Assembly: GCF_006345805.1 (NCBI RefSeq)
Contig: NC_042999.1
Span: forward strand, 97,464,001 to 97,528,000
DNA: 64,000 nucleotides
Source: Octopus sinensis
Taxonomy: Eukaryota
Reading direction: 5' to 3'
Position numbers and translations under genes: made by a program. Positions 41,881 through 54,959 of this stretch are shown one piece after another. The notes beneath the pieces were generated by a model. That model was not told where the DNA came from and ran no database searches. It was given only the letters and a program-made list of their open reading frames with translations. The number at the start of each line of letters is the position of its first letter. Position 1 is the stretch's first letter.

Positions 41881-42516
41881 TATATATATATATATATATA
41901 CATACACACATACACATATATATTCATGTCACTTCGATTTTTAAGACAATACGATGTGTGCTTTGAATGAAATTTGGTTACTATTGCTTGCAGGTCAAGC
42001 AAAAACATAAAATAAGCTCCCTTATTCCCCTAGATTGAACCTGAATGAACAGATCAATGACTTTCCATCCACAATCATTCCTTCTTTTCTCCATTATTTC
42101 TTTTTCTACCCAATGCATTCAAGTAGAAATTCCCTCAGTGCATATTTACAGCAGGCTGATATCATTAATAAGTGAGAGTAAAAGAGTCTATGAATTAGGG
42201 TACTTAATATAAGAATAACAGCAACAATGGGGACCTGGATAATAAGGCGAAAAATTGTGCTAGTATGGTCTTTTTCTTTCCAGTGGAACACTGGAAACAG
42301 CTAACACAGTTTCCCTTATCTTCCACATTCACATGGTTTCTGACTTCCTGCACATCAGATGAATATGCTCAAAAGAGACACTCAACTACTTATATATATG
42401 TGTATGTGTGTGTGTGTTTGTGTGTATGTGTGTGTATGTATGTATATATATATACATGTAACTATAAATATACAGACATATATATATGCTTGTATCTATA
42501 AATACACTGGCATACT

Positions 42517-42578
<62 letters not shown>

Positions 42579-45500
42579 ATATATATATACACATGCATGA
42601 TATCTTTAAATATATAAGTGCTTGTGCGCACATGCACACAAACAGACAAGCACTTATAGATATGTGCATTCATATGTGTGTGCAAACATACATACACATG
42701 CACCCATATATATGCATACATATACATACTACAATGTATTTCATCATTTACATTAGAGCAACATCACAAAGAAGTAGATAAGAAATGTAACAGATTCGTC
42801 ATTGTTTATATTATGTTCATTATCCACATTGGCACAGTTTCTATGGCTGGATGCCCTTCCTAACACCAATTAGTTTAGAGAGTGTACTGGATGCATTTTC
42901 CTTATCACCAGAGGTTACCTTGCTGTTGGCAAGACAAAAGAAGCCCATTGAAGCCCAAAAAGACACTGCTTGATTCAATTTACTAACCCCTTATAGAATC
43001 TCCTCACTGTTTCTATTGAGACACCAACATCTGTGGGGTTGCATTTATCATCATCACCATCATCATTCAGCACCCGTTTCCGATGCTGACATGGGTTAGC
43101 TGATCTGACTGAAACTGGTAAGCTGAAGGGCTGCACCAGGCTCCAGTCTGTTTTGGTTTGGTTTCTATGGTTCAATGCCCTCCCTAACATCAACCACTCC
43201 ACAGAGTGTACTAAGTGCCTTTAACGTGCCACCTGCACAGGTACCTTTAAGATGTCACTGACATGGGTGCCTTTTACGTGTCACTGGTACAGACATGTTG
43301 CTGGCACAGATGTATCATCAGTACAGTACATGTCACTGTGGCTTGTAAAGCAAAATAGAGCCTCCAGCCATGATAGAATTTGTACCCCAAAATAAAGAAA
43401 CATAACTAAATGCCTCGAGGTATTTAGGCATATAGCATCTAAAACAGTCATATCTGGTTCAAACATTCTACCTGTCTTATTTTTGAACTGGCCAAATCCA
43501 GCTTCTTACAGCTACCCCACAACATCATTCTAAAAATAAACAATTACATCATTGAAATCTTGAAGCTACAATATAAAGCATGATTAATTCAAAACAATGG
43601 GAATAAATAAGCATTACATTGACAGAATTATTTGAATGCAAAGGGGTTAATTGAGGGCAGTGGTTCTCAGCCATTTTTTACCTATGGACCCCTTTGATTC
43701 CTATTTAACTTGAGTGGACCTTCATATCTGTTCAATATATACAAAATCCAATTATATATTTTATAATTAAATATTAAAAACTATAAGAAAATAAATTGTT
43801 AAAATAATGTATTATAGAAGCATAACCAATATATTGCACATAGATTTTAACCACAAAATTTTATGTGGACCCCCAAGAACAATATGGGCTCCGGTTAAGA
43901 ACCACTGATCTAGAACTATGCAAACAATACAGGCAGCATAGTTGTTAGAATATCAGACAGAATGCTTGTGGTATATATTTTGCTTCTATACCCTCTGAAT
44001 TCAAATGCCATCAAGGTGAACTTTGCATTCCATCCTTCGAAATTGATAACTACTGACTTCATTTTTTTCTCTTACTCTTTCTTTCACTCAATCTCTCTCT
44101 CATTCTCAGAGAAAGAGTGGTATACAACTGGAACTGTTCAAGGTTGATGTGATGTGCACTATAAAATTATTAAGAATAATAATAATGATAATTAAGGAGC
44201 AGTGCTTGCATAGCAAGTGACCTGATCTGAGATCGTTTGCTGAAACAAAAACAATTGCAGCGTGGAAGGTGTTTAAAAGCCATTTAAAAATACACAAAGT
44301 GAATCTAACAGTTTTTGTGTGTTTTTAATTGGCTTATAAATACCTTCCATGCTGCAATAATGATAATATCATTTGTCAAAGGTGGTGAGATTGGTGGTAG
44401 TGGGAGTAGTAGTATATTTATGTATATATGTATGTGTGTATAGATAGACAGACAGATAGACAGGCAGGCAGACAGACAGACAAACATATAGATAGATATA
44501 TACATACATTGCTCACAGACATACATGCACATACACAAAGAAATTGTAAATGCTATACAGACCAGTATTTTAATCTAAAGCTATTTAAAGTGTGTATATT
44601 AATTCAGTTCTAGCCTGGTTAGCTGTTGCATAAATCAGTAAATGGTTTGTCTACTGATTTCTATATTGAAACAAATAGAAGCAAATTCATCACTGAGGAG
44701 ACTAAATTAGGTTGAATTATCATGTAAGGCGACCCATTAGTATTCTGAGTTAAGCCCAATGGTTTTACCAGATGAGTCTGTTTGATAAGCTTCTTTCACA
44801 CTTTTGAAAGTAACCCACTCTCTCCTCTCACCTGACCTACTATCTGTGCTCTCTCTTATGCTCACCTTCTTGTACCTTGGAAGTTTCCTCTGGCTCACCA
44901 ACACTATCATCTCTGTCTTCTTCCCAACTTTTCCACCAACCCAATATAATGTGTGGTAGTCATGTATCTCTTCTATAGCAAGACACCCATGCTTCTCCCT
45001 CTACCATACTTTTGCCTGTCAACACTTGGCATAAAGTCACTTCCTGCCCCAAATATTCTTCCCACTCCAACATAGTTGCAGGAGCTTTTCTCTTTTCTTG
45101 TTTCCCTGTTCTTTTTCTGTCTTGCAAGTTACTTGGTAACCTCACTGATGCTGGCAGCATGAAAAATAAACTCAGTTCACACTGTAAAATGGTTGGTGTT
45201 AGGAAGGGCATCTAGGCTTATAACAATGCTGAAACAGACACTAGAACTTGACACAGCCCTGCAGGTGCCCAAATCTTGTCAAACCATTCAAACCATACCA
45301 GCATAGAAAGCAGAAATTAAATGATGATGATACATGCATGTGTGTGTGTGTGCGTAATATTGATGATAGTGGTGTGGTGGTGGTGGTGTTGGTAATGCTT
45401 GTGGAGGCATAAGTACTGGTACTGGTTAGTGATGTTGAGTGGTAGTTACAGTACTTGCTGTCATTATTGTTTAACCCGAGATCAATGTTGGTGAAACCAA

Positions 45501-47209
45501 CCTATGATCAAAGACATCCCATTTACTTGGAGGTATCTAATATTACATTATCTTATGCATTTTGTTTCTTTTTTGAGACAGTGAGGAGTTATTTGAGGGA
45601 AATTTTGAGGAAAATGTAGCTGCTATTTCTTACAAGTGATTTCCAATCAGTGTTGTGACAGCCCAGAGTATTGTAAGCAATAGTTAAGAATATTGCAAGG
45701 TTCAAAATTTAAATAGCACAGCACTTTTATTCAGTGTTCACACTAAATAAAATTATACCTTAAGCATAGTATGATATGGTGACGAAGTCAGAGAAATGTT
45801 AGAAACTACTGACTAAGGAGCTCCTATAGCTTTGTTGATGTGTGTGAGTTTTGTTGTTGTTTACTCTCAGTTCAACTCCTTCAAGAAGTTCCATATGCAA
45901 AGTTTACAAACATGGCCATCCTGTCTGTTTTCTTTAATGTCAAACTACACTATTTAATATATTCTCCCTGTTCTAAGATGGTAGAACAAGATTTGAGGGA
46001 GATCTGGCTACTATTTCAAGGAGATTGAACAACTGATTAAAGCATCTATTGTTGGTTTTTAGGGATTTAAGAGTAGGAGTAGTTAAGGTTGCAAGCTGGC
46101 AGAATCATTAGGACACCAGACAAAATGCTTAGCAACATTTCTTCCATCTTTATATTCTGGGTTTAAATTCTGCTCAGGTCATCTTTTCCTTTCAGCCTTT
46201 CAGGGTCGATAAAATAAGAATCAATTGAGCACTGGGAGTCAATGTAATTGACTTACCTTATCCCAAAATTGCTGACCTTGTGCCAAAATTTGAAAAACAA
46301 GAGTAGGAGTAGTAGAAGCATTAGGAGTAAGGGTTTTGGCACTTAACTGAGAGGCCCTGTGAGTAAAAATGTTAATTTGTGTACACTTAACATGGGGATT
46401 GGGAAGATCTACATTGCTATTAAGACAACTCTGGATATTAGTAGCAATAGTAATAGTATTTGAGATGGTTGTCATAATTTTGGTGAAAATGTTGGTCCAG
46501 ATCAAGGTTGGGCAACCTGAGGCCTGCAGGCCGTATGTGGCCCATACTTTCATCTTGCAGCCCACTTGATACTTTCTTGAAATGGGTAACCTCTTTATTG
46601 TGTTTAATTTCAAAATAAATTTTTAATTTATAAGTGGCAATAAAGCAATAGCCAACAATTTTATAATTTTAAACAAATAAAAAGTATGAAATATTTTTGA
46701 TTTTGTAATTTGATTATTTGACTATTAGTGCATAAAGTATACAAGTGGCCCTCAAAAAACTTTCTGTGATTAAAGTGGCCTGCAATGTAATTTGAGATGG
46801 CCAAGCCTGCTCTAGATGTTGGATGTGAAAGACAATGTACTGATGATACTAATGGTGATAATGGTAGTAATGGTGGTAATGAACTACACAATTATAATAT
46901 TCGTTTAAAATTTTTGCACAAGGCCTATAATTTCAGGGGAGGGGGTAAGTCAATTACATCAAGCCCAGTAACTTACTTTATTGATCCCAAAAGGATGAAA
47001 AGCAGAGTTGACCTCAGTGGAATTTGAACTCAGAACAAAGCGATGGACGAAATGCCACTAAGCATTTTACCTGGCATACTAACGTTTCTACCAGCTTGTC
47101 ATCTTTACACAATGACAATATTCTTTTCTACTCTAGGCACAAGGCCTGAAATCTTGGGGGAGAGGGCCAGTCGATTAGATTGACCCTGGTACGCAACTGG
47201 TACTTAATT

Positions 47210-47373
47210 TACATTATTTACATTATTTACATTTGACGGATATTTGTCCTCATCTTGTTTGTTGTTAACATGTTTTGGCTAATATACCTTCCAGCCTTCA
47301 TCAGGTATCTTGGGGAAATTTCGAACCAGGGCTCTCATTACTAAGGTATTTTTTAATGTTGTTGTTGTTGTTG

Positions 47374-47407
<34 letters not shown>

Positions 47408-48061
47408 AATAAATATCAATGGAAATAGTAGTTGTGATACCTGTGCCAGTAGCACATAAAAAGCACCATCCGTACGTGGCCGTTGCCAGTGCCACCTCGA
47501 CTGGCTTCTGTGCCGGTGACACATAAAAAGCACCATCCGAACGTGGCCGATGCCAGCGCCGCCTCGACTGGCTTCTGTGCCGGTGGCATATAAAAAGCAC
47601 CATCCGAACATGGCTGATGCCAGCGCTGCCTTGGCTGGCTTCCGTGCCGGTGGCACGTTAAAAGCACCAACCGATCGTGGCCGATGCCAGACTCCCCTGG
47701 CACGTAAAAAGCACCCACTACACTCGCGGAGTGGTTGGCGTTAGGAAGGGCATCCAGCTGTAGAAACACTGCCAGATCAGACTGGAGCCTGGTGCAGCCC
47801 CTGGCTTCCCAGACCCCGGTTGAACCGTCCAACCCATGCTAGCGCAGAAAACGGACGTTAAACAATGATGATGATTCAGGTCTCTGCCTGGAATCGAACT
47901 TGGAATCTTAGGGTTAGTTGTCCGTGCTCTTAACCGTGGGCATATGGTGTAGTGGTTAAGAGCGCAGGCTACTAACCCCAAGATTCCAAATTCAATTCCA
48001 GGCAGTGACCTGAATAATAATAATGATAATAATAATAATGATAATAATAATAATAATAATA

Positions 48062-48106
<45 letters not shown>

Positions 48107-48287
48107 CAATAACATTGAAAAATACCTTAGGAATGAGAATCCAGGTTCGAAATTTCCCCAAGATACCTGATGAAGGCTGGAGGGTATATCAGCCGAAACG
48201 TTGTGTTAACAACAAACAAGATGAGGACAAATATCTATCAAATGTAAATAATGTACATAATTCCTCATCTCTTAAATATAGAACTGT
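47210..48287. mobile_element. Head-to-head dimer of a tRNA-headed, (AAT)n-linked, hammerhead-tailed element; the left copy is interrupted by a (GAT)n-tailed SINE
   Basis: 47219-47360 is the reverse complement of ~48112-48255, and 47876-47935 of 47954-48013. The block interrupts another SINE, with GGTACTTAATT duplicated at both ends. Confidence 0.75.
48162..48207 (+). ncRNA. Minimal type I hammerhead ribozyme motif
   Basis: GATAC-CTGATGA-A-GGCTG-GAGGGTATAT-CAGCC-GAAAC-GTT-GTGTT. Stem I GAUAC/GUGUU, stem II 5 bp, palindrome AACGTT in place of stem III, GUU triplet. One extra A follows the core. Confidence 0.6.
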
Positions 48288-48794
48288 GGTACTTAATTCA
48301 TTGACCCCGAAAGAATGAAAGGCAAAGTCGAACTTGGCAGAATTTGAACTCAGAACGTAAAGACAGACAAAATACCACTAAGAATTTCGCCCGGTATGCT
48401 AACATTTCTGCCAGCTTGCCGCCTTACACAATGACATTATTGATAGTAACAATCATAGAGTTGTTGTACTTCTTTAACCCTGAACCAGTCCTGATTGAGT
48501 AGATCTTTGATCAAAGCTATGACCATCCCATTTTTTATAAAACAATGTATGAAGACTATGTTATCCAATGTGTTTTTTTTTTTGCTTATTTGATTTGTTT
48601 TAAGACAGTAGTATGTGATTTGAGGGAGGTTTGGCTCTATTTCTAGTAGGTTGAACAACCACATAGAATTCCCCTCAATGACTCATAGTGTTGTTGTTGT
48701 TGTTGTTGTTAAAGGTTGTGATTGGGATAGTCATCATGCCAGTATTAATGCTGATGATAGTGATGGTGATGGTGTTGTTGATAGTAGTATTGCA

Positions 48795-48830
<36 letters not shown>

Positions 48831-51050
48831 GTAGTAGTAATACAGACACTGGCCGTCATAGTGGTGATGGTGTTGTTGATAGTTGTGGTGATAGTGTTAG
48901 TGGTAGTATTAGTAATAGGGAGGGGCTTCTGATGATGATATTATTCAGTGTTCATTTCCTTCCTTTTAATCCAGGAAATTTAACAAAAACAATCTAACAA
49001 TAATAATAATAATAATAATCTTTTTAAAAATACAAATAAATGAAAAATTTAAGTTCCTTTTCATCACTGGAAATATATATTCTGCATCTAATGAGATAGA
49101 AAAATCTAGAATTAATGAATAGAGATGTGAGAGAGTTGCAGTTAGTTAATTATGAAGATGTTAAGACTTGGTTAAGTTATCTCTTAGGTTTTACTTGGAG
49201 CTCTCACAACAATGATGATGGTGATGATGATCATCATCATGATCATTATCATTGCCATCATCATCATAATCATCACCGCCACCACCACCATCATTACCAC
49301 CATCATCATCAACATCATCATCTCACTGCCATCATCATTGTCATTATCTTCATCAAAGTCTTCATCAATAAAATATTTGTTGTCATCAGTTAAACATCCA
49401 GTTTTTTTTTGTTTTGTTTTTTCATATTTTCATAACTAGGATGAGTGTGTGTATTTAGCATCTTTCTAAATATCCTAGAAAGAATATTGCTATCTCATTT
49501 GTCCTGATTGTTCGTTTGTTTGTTTGTTTTTTTTTCTCCAAATTTTCTCTGGCTTAGCCCTCATAATGATTACCTTTATATGTCACTTTTTTTTTGTTGT
49601 TGCTGTTGTTGTTACCCAGCCTACATTATCTCTTTATATTGTAATTATTAAACAATGCAGTTCTGCCTGCTGTACACATCCACTTATGCTTTTCATGTTT
49701 TTTTTGTTTCCTCAGTTCACATGAATGCTTGTTTGTTCTTATAAAATAAAGAGAAAAGGTCATTTGGGGAACATATCTTACAAAGCTAAACTACATCCTG
49801 AAATACAAATACTATAGAATAGTTACTTTTACTACTTCAAGAAAATCATATGTATGCAAAACCTTGTTAATTCACATGAAGCATCACCTTTTTTCTTTGG
49901 TAAGTAACAGAATGGTTATACGATAGATATAATTAATGATTGAAAGTTGGAAGAAACAAAATGGATTTATTTAATACTTCAACTTTAAGAAACCTTATTC
50001 TGAACCGGAAATTAAGAAATGTAAACAGCAACTAACACCTAAATCATTAATTGACATGTGAATGCTAACAAATACTTTAGAAGTTAATGTAATCTATTGA
50101 ATGTGTGAAATGTAGCAAGTTTTACAATTTTACCTAAGCAATACTATCCAGACACTATGATATGCATTGGGAAGCTCAAGAATGTAGTAGTTTCATCTAT
50201 TTAAAAAATATCTTGAAAGCTAGCAAAATATTGGTGTTATGATTCTTTGGTTTCCCAAAGAATCATCAGTAAGTTGTGTATAAAAAAAAGGCAATATTTA
50301 TATGAGTGTCTACTACAATAGATGGGCTTCTTGACTACTATTAGCTCATTATATGATTTGTAATTGTTCATATTGTACTGTAAAGTCAATGGTCTTACAG
50401 TTTGTTTTTCATCCTCCACAATCAAATATAGTGTCTTTGCTATAGCTATTCTTTATGCAGAAATCCCATAAGATCATCATCATCATCATCATCTTTACTA
50501 TTGTTATTGTTATTATTATTACTATTACTCTCTCTCCCTCTCTCTCTACCCCTCTCTCTCCCTCTCTCTCCCCTCTCTCTCCCCCTCTCTCTCCCTCTCT
50601 CTCTCTCTCCCTCTCTCTTTCTCTCTCTTTAGAAGAAAATAGCTTTTTGTCCTGCTTGCAAATAAAAGAAATCATCATTATCATCATCGTTATTGTTATT
50701 GATATTATTATTATTATATGTAAAAGGCACCCTTGCTGGCAACATATAAAAGGCACCTATATAAGAGTCACACATGCTGGTGACACGTAAAAGAGTGGTT
50801 GGCATTAGGAAGGGTATCCAGCCATAGAAACCAAGCCAAATCAGATTGGAACCTGGAGCAGTTCTCCAGCTTACCAGTCCCAGTCAAATTATCTATCCCA
50901 TGCCAACATAGACACTAAATGATGATGATGGTGATGATTATCACTGCTATAACTCTCTTTCTCTCTCTTTAAAAGAAAATAGCTTTGGACAGACTTGGAG
51001 AAGGGTGGACTCTACCAGGTTTTAAAATTCCTCCAAAATGCTAAAAATAC

Positions 51051-51092
51051 CTAAGATACACTGTATGCCATGATGGTACCCTACAGCTCTAT
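51051..51092 (-). CDS. Gene A candidate exon (xRAVGYHHGIQCILx)
   Basis: Long pyrimidine tract then cAG (an alternative AG lies 5 nt upstream), donor TAG/GTATTT, one open frame. Connection to flanking exons is not established. Confidence 0.4.
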
Positions 51093-51342
51093 CTGGACTT
51101 GAGGACTCAAGGAAGGAAGAAAAGAAATGTGATTTATAGAAGACTAGAGGAGAATGGAGAATGCTAACCAGATCTGTCATTAGGTTATAATAGTGATACA
51201 GTGCTGCAGCCTTAATATTATCATAGCAAAATGAATGGTTTCTGATATTATATAATACAATCATATAATAATAATACTATAATATGAATTCTTACAGTAG
51301 TACAAGGTTGCAAATAGGTAGGGACAAAAAATTGTTGTTTAA

Positions 51343-52031
51343 CCCTTTTGATACCAATCTGCCTGAGACTGCCCCAGTTCTATGATACAAACTTCCCATT
51401 TTAAAGTGATCTATAATAATAAATAATAATGAAATTATTGTATACAGTGTTCAGGTGCACCACAACTTGTCAAAAGTACATATAAAGAATATGCAGTAAT
51501 GTACAAATGTCTGGAAAGTGAATAGTGTATGAGTCAGATACATGCTTGCATGATATGGAGGGGAGAAAATCAGGTGTAGTGTTGGCGAATCTCAAGAAGC
51601 ATGGAAGTTTTGAAGGATGCAGTGCTCCGACAACTAACAACTGATGCCGGCAGTTTGTTCCATGCTTCAGCAACTCTTAGCGTGAAAAAATGCTTCCGAA
51701 AGTCATGGGAGCTGTGCTGTTTTCTGACTTTGCAAACATGTCCGCGGGTGTTAGACAGATGGTATTTGAAAAGGTGCTCAGAGTTATTGTTTGTAAGATG
51801 GTTAATAATTTTATGGGTGTCTGCCAAATCAGCTGCCAGACGTCGGAGTTTCAATGTATCCATGCCCATGGAAGTAAGGCGTTCTAATATGCTTCAATCA
51901 AATTTCATGTTAATTTACGTTCCAAATACCAGCTTAAAAATGACAAAGTTATTTTACTGAATTCTTCATTATTTTCAAAATTAAATGAAGCAAAGGCAGT
52001 ATATTTCAAAAGAAATATAGTCACAAAAGGG
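51343..52031. mobile_element. piggyBac-like non-autonomous element containing a CR1 fragment
   Basis: TTAA-CCCTTTTG ... CAAAAGGG-TTAA (TTAA at 51339-42 and 52032-35). Confidence 0.65.
51560..51900 (-). mobile_element. CR1-clade LINE 3' end
   Basis: LKLRRLAADLADTHKII...NTRGH...RKHFFTLRVAEAWNKLPASVV...SFK is the CR1 C-terminal motif. Confidence 0.85.
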
Positions 52032-53599
52032 TTAAATTGTTCATAGTACTTGATTGACCTGTATTTCATCAAGCTTAACCTGCTAGAAATATTAGTCGAA
52101 TCTTCCTCAAACCATCTAGAAAAAGAAGAGACACAGTAGAAAATGTAGTCTGGGATAAACTGTTTGATAAAAGATGCAATGGTGATAGCTAAAATGCCTT
52201 TTATTTTTGTTTACTGAGATTGACCAAAAACAACAGTCTCTACTTGAATTATTTTACCATCATATGACCAGCCTCTACTCTAACACCCTATGAACACAAG
52301 GAGGTCACAAAGACCTTCCTCTGTTCCGGGTACAATCCGCTACAATATTGTAACTATACCACTATGACCAAACTTTACACTAGCAAACAAGTAGACTCTT
52401 TGCAGTCACTAGAAATGGTAGCCAAACTGTCTTCAAATTATACCATGTCTTCTTAAAAATGAATGACACTCATTAAATGAATTAATGTTCATTATCCCAC
52501 AAAAGATGTGATGATCATGAATAGAATACCTTTGATCATTGGCATACTCAGTCAGGGTTGATACAAAGTTGAACAACAATAACAACCTCTACACTAGCTA
52601 CCATCACATGTACATCCCATACTTTGGCCAACTATCATCTCCCAATCTTTCAATCAATTCTCACCTTTCATTTACTTCACCTGCCTATAACACCTGATTT
52701 TAAAACAGTATTTAATACCAATAAATCTAGGTGCCTTCTTAAAAATTTTTTAGAAAATTTTCTGTTCTTTGAACAGCTAAGCATTTTATCAGCGATAATT
52801 TACCATTCTTATCCTCAATAGCATCTATCACTAATTCTCTTTAATCTTTTATATCCTGTTCTACATAATCTTTCAAAAATATAAAATCCAGAATATTCCA
52901 TTTCAAGTTTTATCAGTTCCGTGTAGAATTGCCATTTTCTCTCACCTGTGTATGAGCTGGATCAAATTTTAGCATCTTTCTACCAATCAAAGCAACACAA
53001 TATATCTGTCAGTCTGTTCCCACCCCCTCCATTCTTTCTTCATATAGACATAAATGTGTGTGTGTGTGTGTATGCGCGCATGCGTGCATGCGTGTGTGTA
53101 TGTATGTACGTATGTATGTATGTATGTATGTATGTATGTATGTATGTATGTCTGCATGTGTGTGTGAACATGTGTGTGTGTAGATGAGTGTTTGTGCATA
53201 GGTGTGTATGTGTGTGCATGTATGTATGTGTATGTATGTGTGTGTATGCATGTATGTATGCGTATGTCTATGTATGCATATGTGTATGTGTATGTGTGTG
53301 TGTATGTGTGTGTTTGTAGATTGGGGACAGCTCTTTCAAATGTGTTCTATTAAATTCACTACTATGTTCATGCTTGATCTTTGTTTATTACAGATTTTTT
53401 TCATATCTCCTCATTAGTCTTTCATGTTCAGTTTGGAACATTAGCATTCTTATAGCTATTAAACCATTATTTTTTCAAAGCTATCTCAGCTGAATGAAAT
53501 GATTGTAGAATAGTGTCTTTACATACTTAGCATTGGATCATAAAAGACTTTGAAAGTGCTGGTGATCTTTTTGATTTTATTTGTGTGTCAGAAATTAAA

Positions 53600-53900
53600 G
53601 ACAGCTCTGGAACCTTTTTTCGCTGTGTCCTTGGGAAGATATTAAAACACCTCCTTGATCTTGGCCACCAGCTTTGTCTTGGTGTTGCAGGCAGAATGGT
53701 TGGTGACTTTCTCAACCATGTCCCACAAACAGTAATGCATGGGATTTCAATTAAGGGAATAAGGTGGACCGAAAATGGGGCAGATACTGATTCTATTAGT
53801 CTCTTTTACCAGACTGTGTAGTTACACGGACATAAACAAACCAACGCCAGTTGTCAAGGTGTTGTGAGGAACAGACACAAAACTGAAGATACACACATAC
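53600..53900 (-). mobile_element. Tc1/mariner transposase C-terminal fragment, related to 5367-6229
   Basis: Minus frame NPMHYCLWDMVEKVTNHSACNTKTKLVAKIKEVF parallels NPLDYYVWGAVERETNKTPCNSKAELKARIK. Confidence 0.7.
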
Positions 53901-53987
53901 ATGTGTGTATATATATATATGTATGTATATATGTGTGCATATATACACACATGTATATACATAATTGTCTGTCAGTCTGTATGTATG

Positions 53988-54018
<31 letters not shown>

Positions 54019-54133
54019 TGTATGTATTTATGTATGTATGAATGTATATATGTGTGTATGTATGTATGTGTGTGTATTTATGTATGTACATATATACATA
54101 CGTATGTATATAAGTATGTACGTATGTACATAC

Positions 54134-54166
<33 letters not shown>

Positions 54167-54457
54167 AGCATATGCATATTTTAGTACATGATACAGTCAT
54201 AAGCTCATGGGTCTCTCTCTCTCTCTCCAGCTGTCACATCCTGGATGTCTACTGGGTTAATGAAGGGAGGGAGGGAGGATCAAAGTGTTTATGTCTGTGT
54301 GTGTCTACATAACATATACTACCAAATCATCCTTGGTTTTGAGTGACTGTTGTAATATACACATATGCATACATACATGCTGAGGGTTCTAGTTCTTTTG
54401 TTGCTACATGTAGTTTGTTTATATACTTACACACATATATGTACACACACACACACA

Positions 54458-54495
<38 letters not shown>

Positions 54496-54656
54496 TAAAT
54501 ATATATATATATATATGTATGTATCATGCTAGCATGGGAAACGGACATTAAATGATGATGATGATGATGATATATATATATATATATGTGCATGAGTTGT
54601 CTAAGACTCCATAAGCCAGGGAAAAGATGCACTCATATATCTGTCAATAGAGCGGG

Positions 54657-54838
54657 TATATTACCCAAAATGTACAGTATTATATATCCATCACAGGTAT
54701 TCCTTCCTATATCGGCTAACTCTGATGAGCATAAGGTTATATAACTTGACCATTACCTAACACTCTGTTGTATTCTTAGCGTGAAACCAATTGGTAAGAT
54801 CAGCCATGATGGATATATAATACATTTCAGATAATATA
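54657..54838 (+). ncRNA. Type I hammerhead ribozyme within a long terminal hairpin
   Basis: Core CTGATGAG 54722-29 and GAAA 54783-86; palindromic stem III ACCAATTGGT 54786-95; GUA triplet ending 54796. Proximal stem I is GGCTAACT/AGATCAGCC (imperfect). The distal helix 54677-93/54807-23 is a perfect 17 bp. Confidence 0.75.
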
Positions 54839-54921
54839 ATATATAATACATTTCAGATAATATAATATATATATATATATATCTGTGTGTGTGTGTGTTT
54901 GTGTGTGATGTTTATATAATA

Positions 54922-54959
<38 letters not shown>

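Noticed and set aside
49841-49899. Plus-strand exon-like segment with TTG/GTAAGT donor
   Set aside because: It is isolated, two frames are open, and there is no plus-strand gene context.
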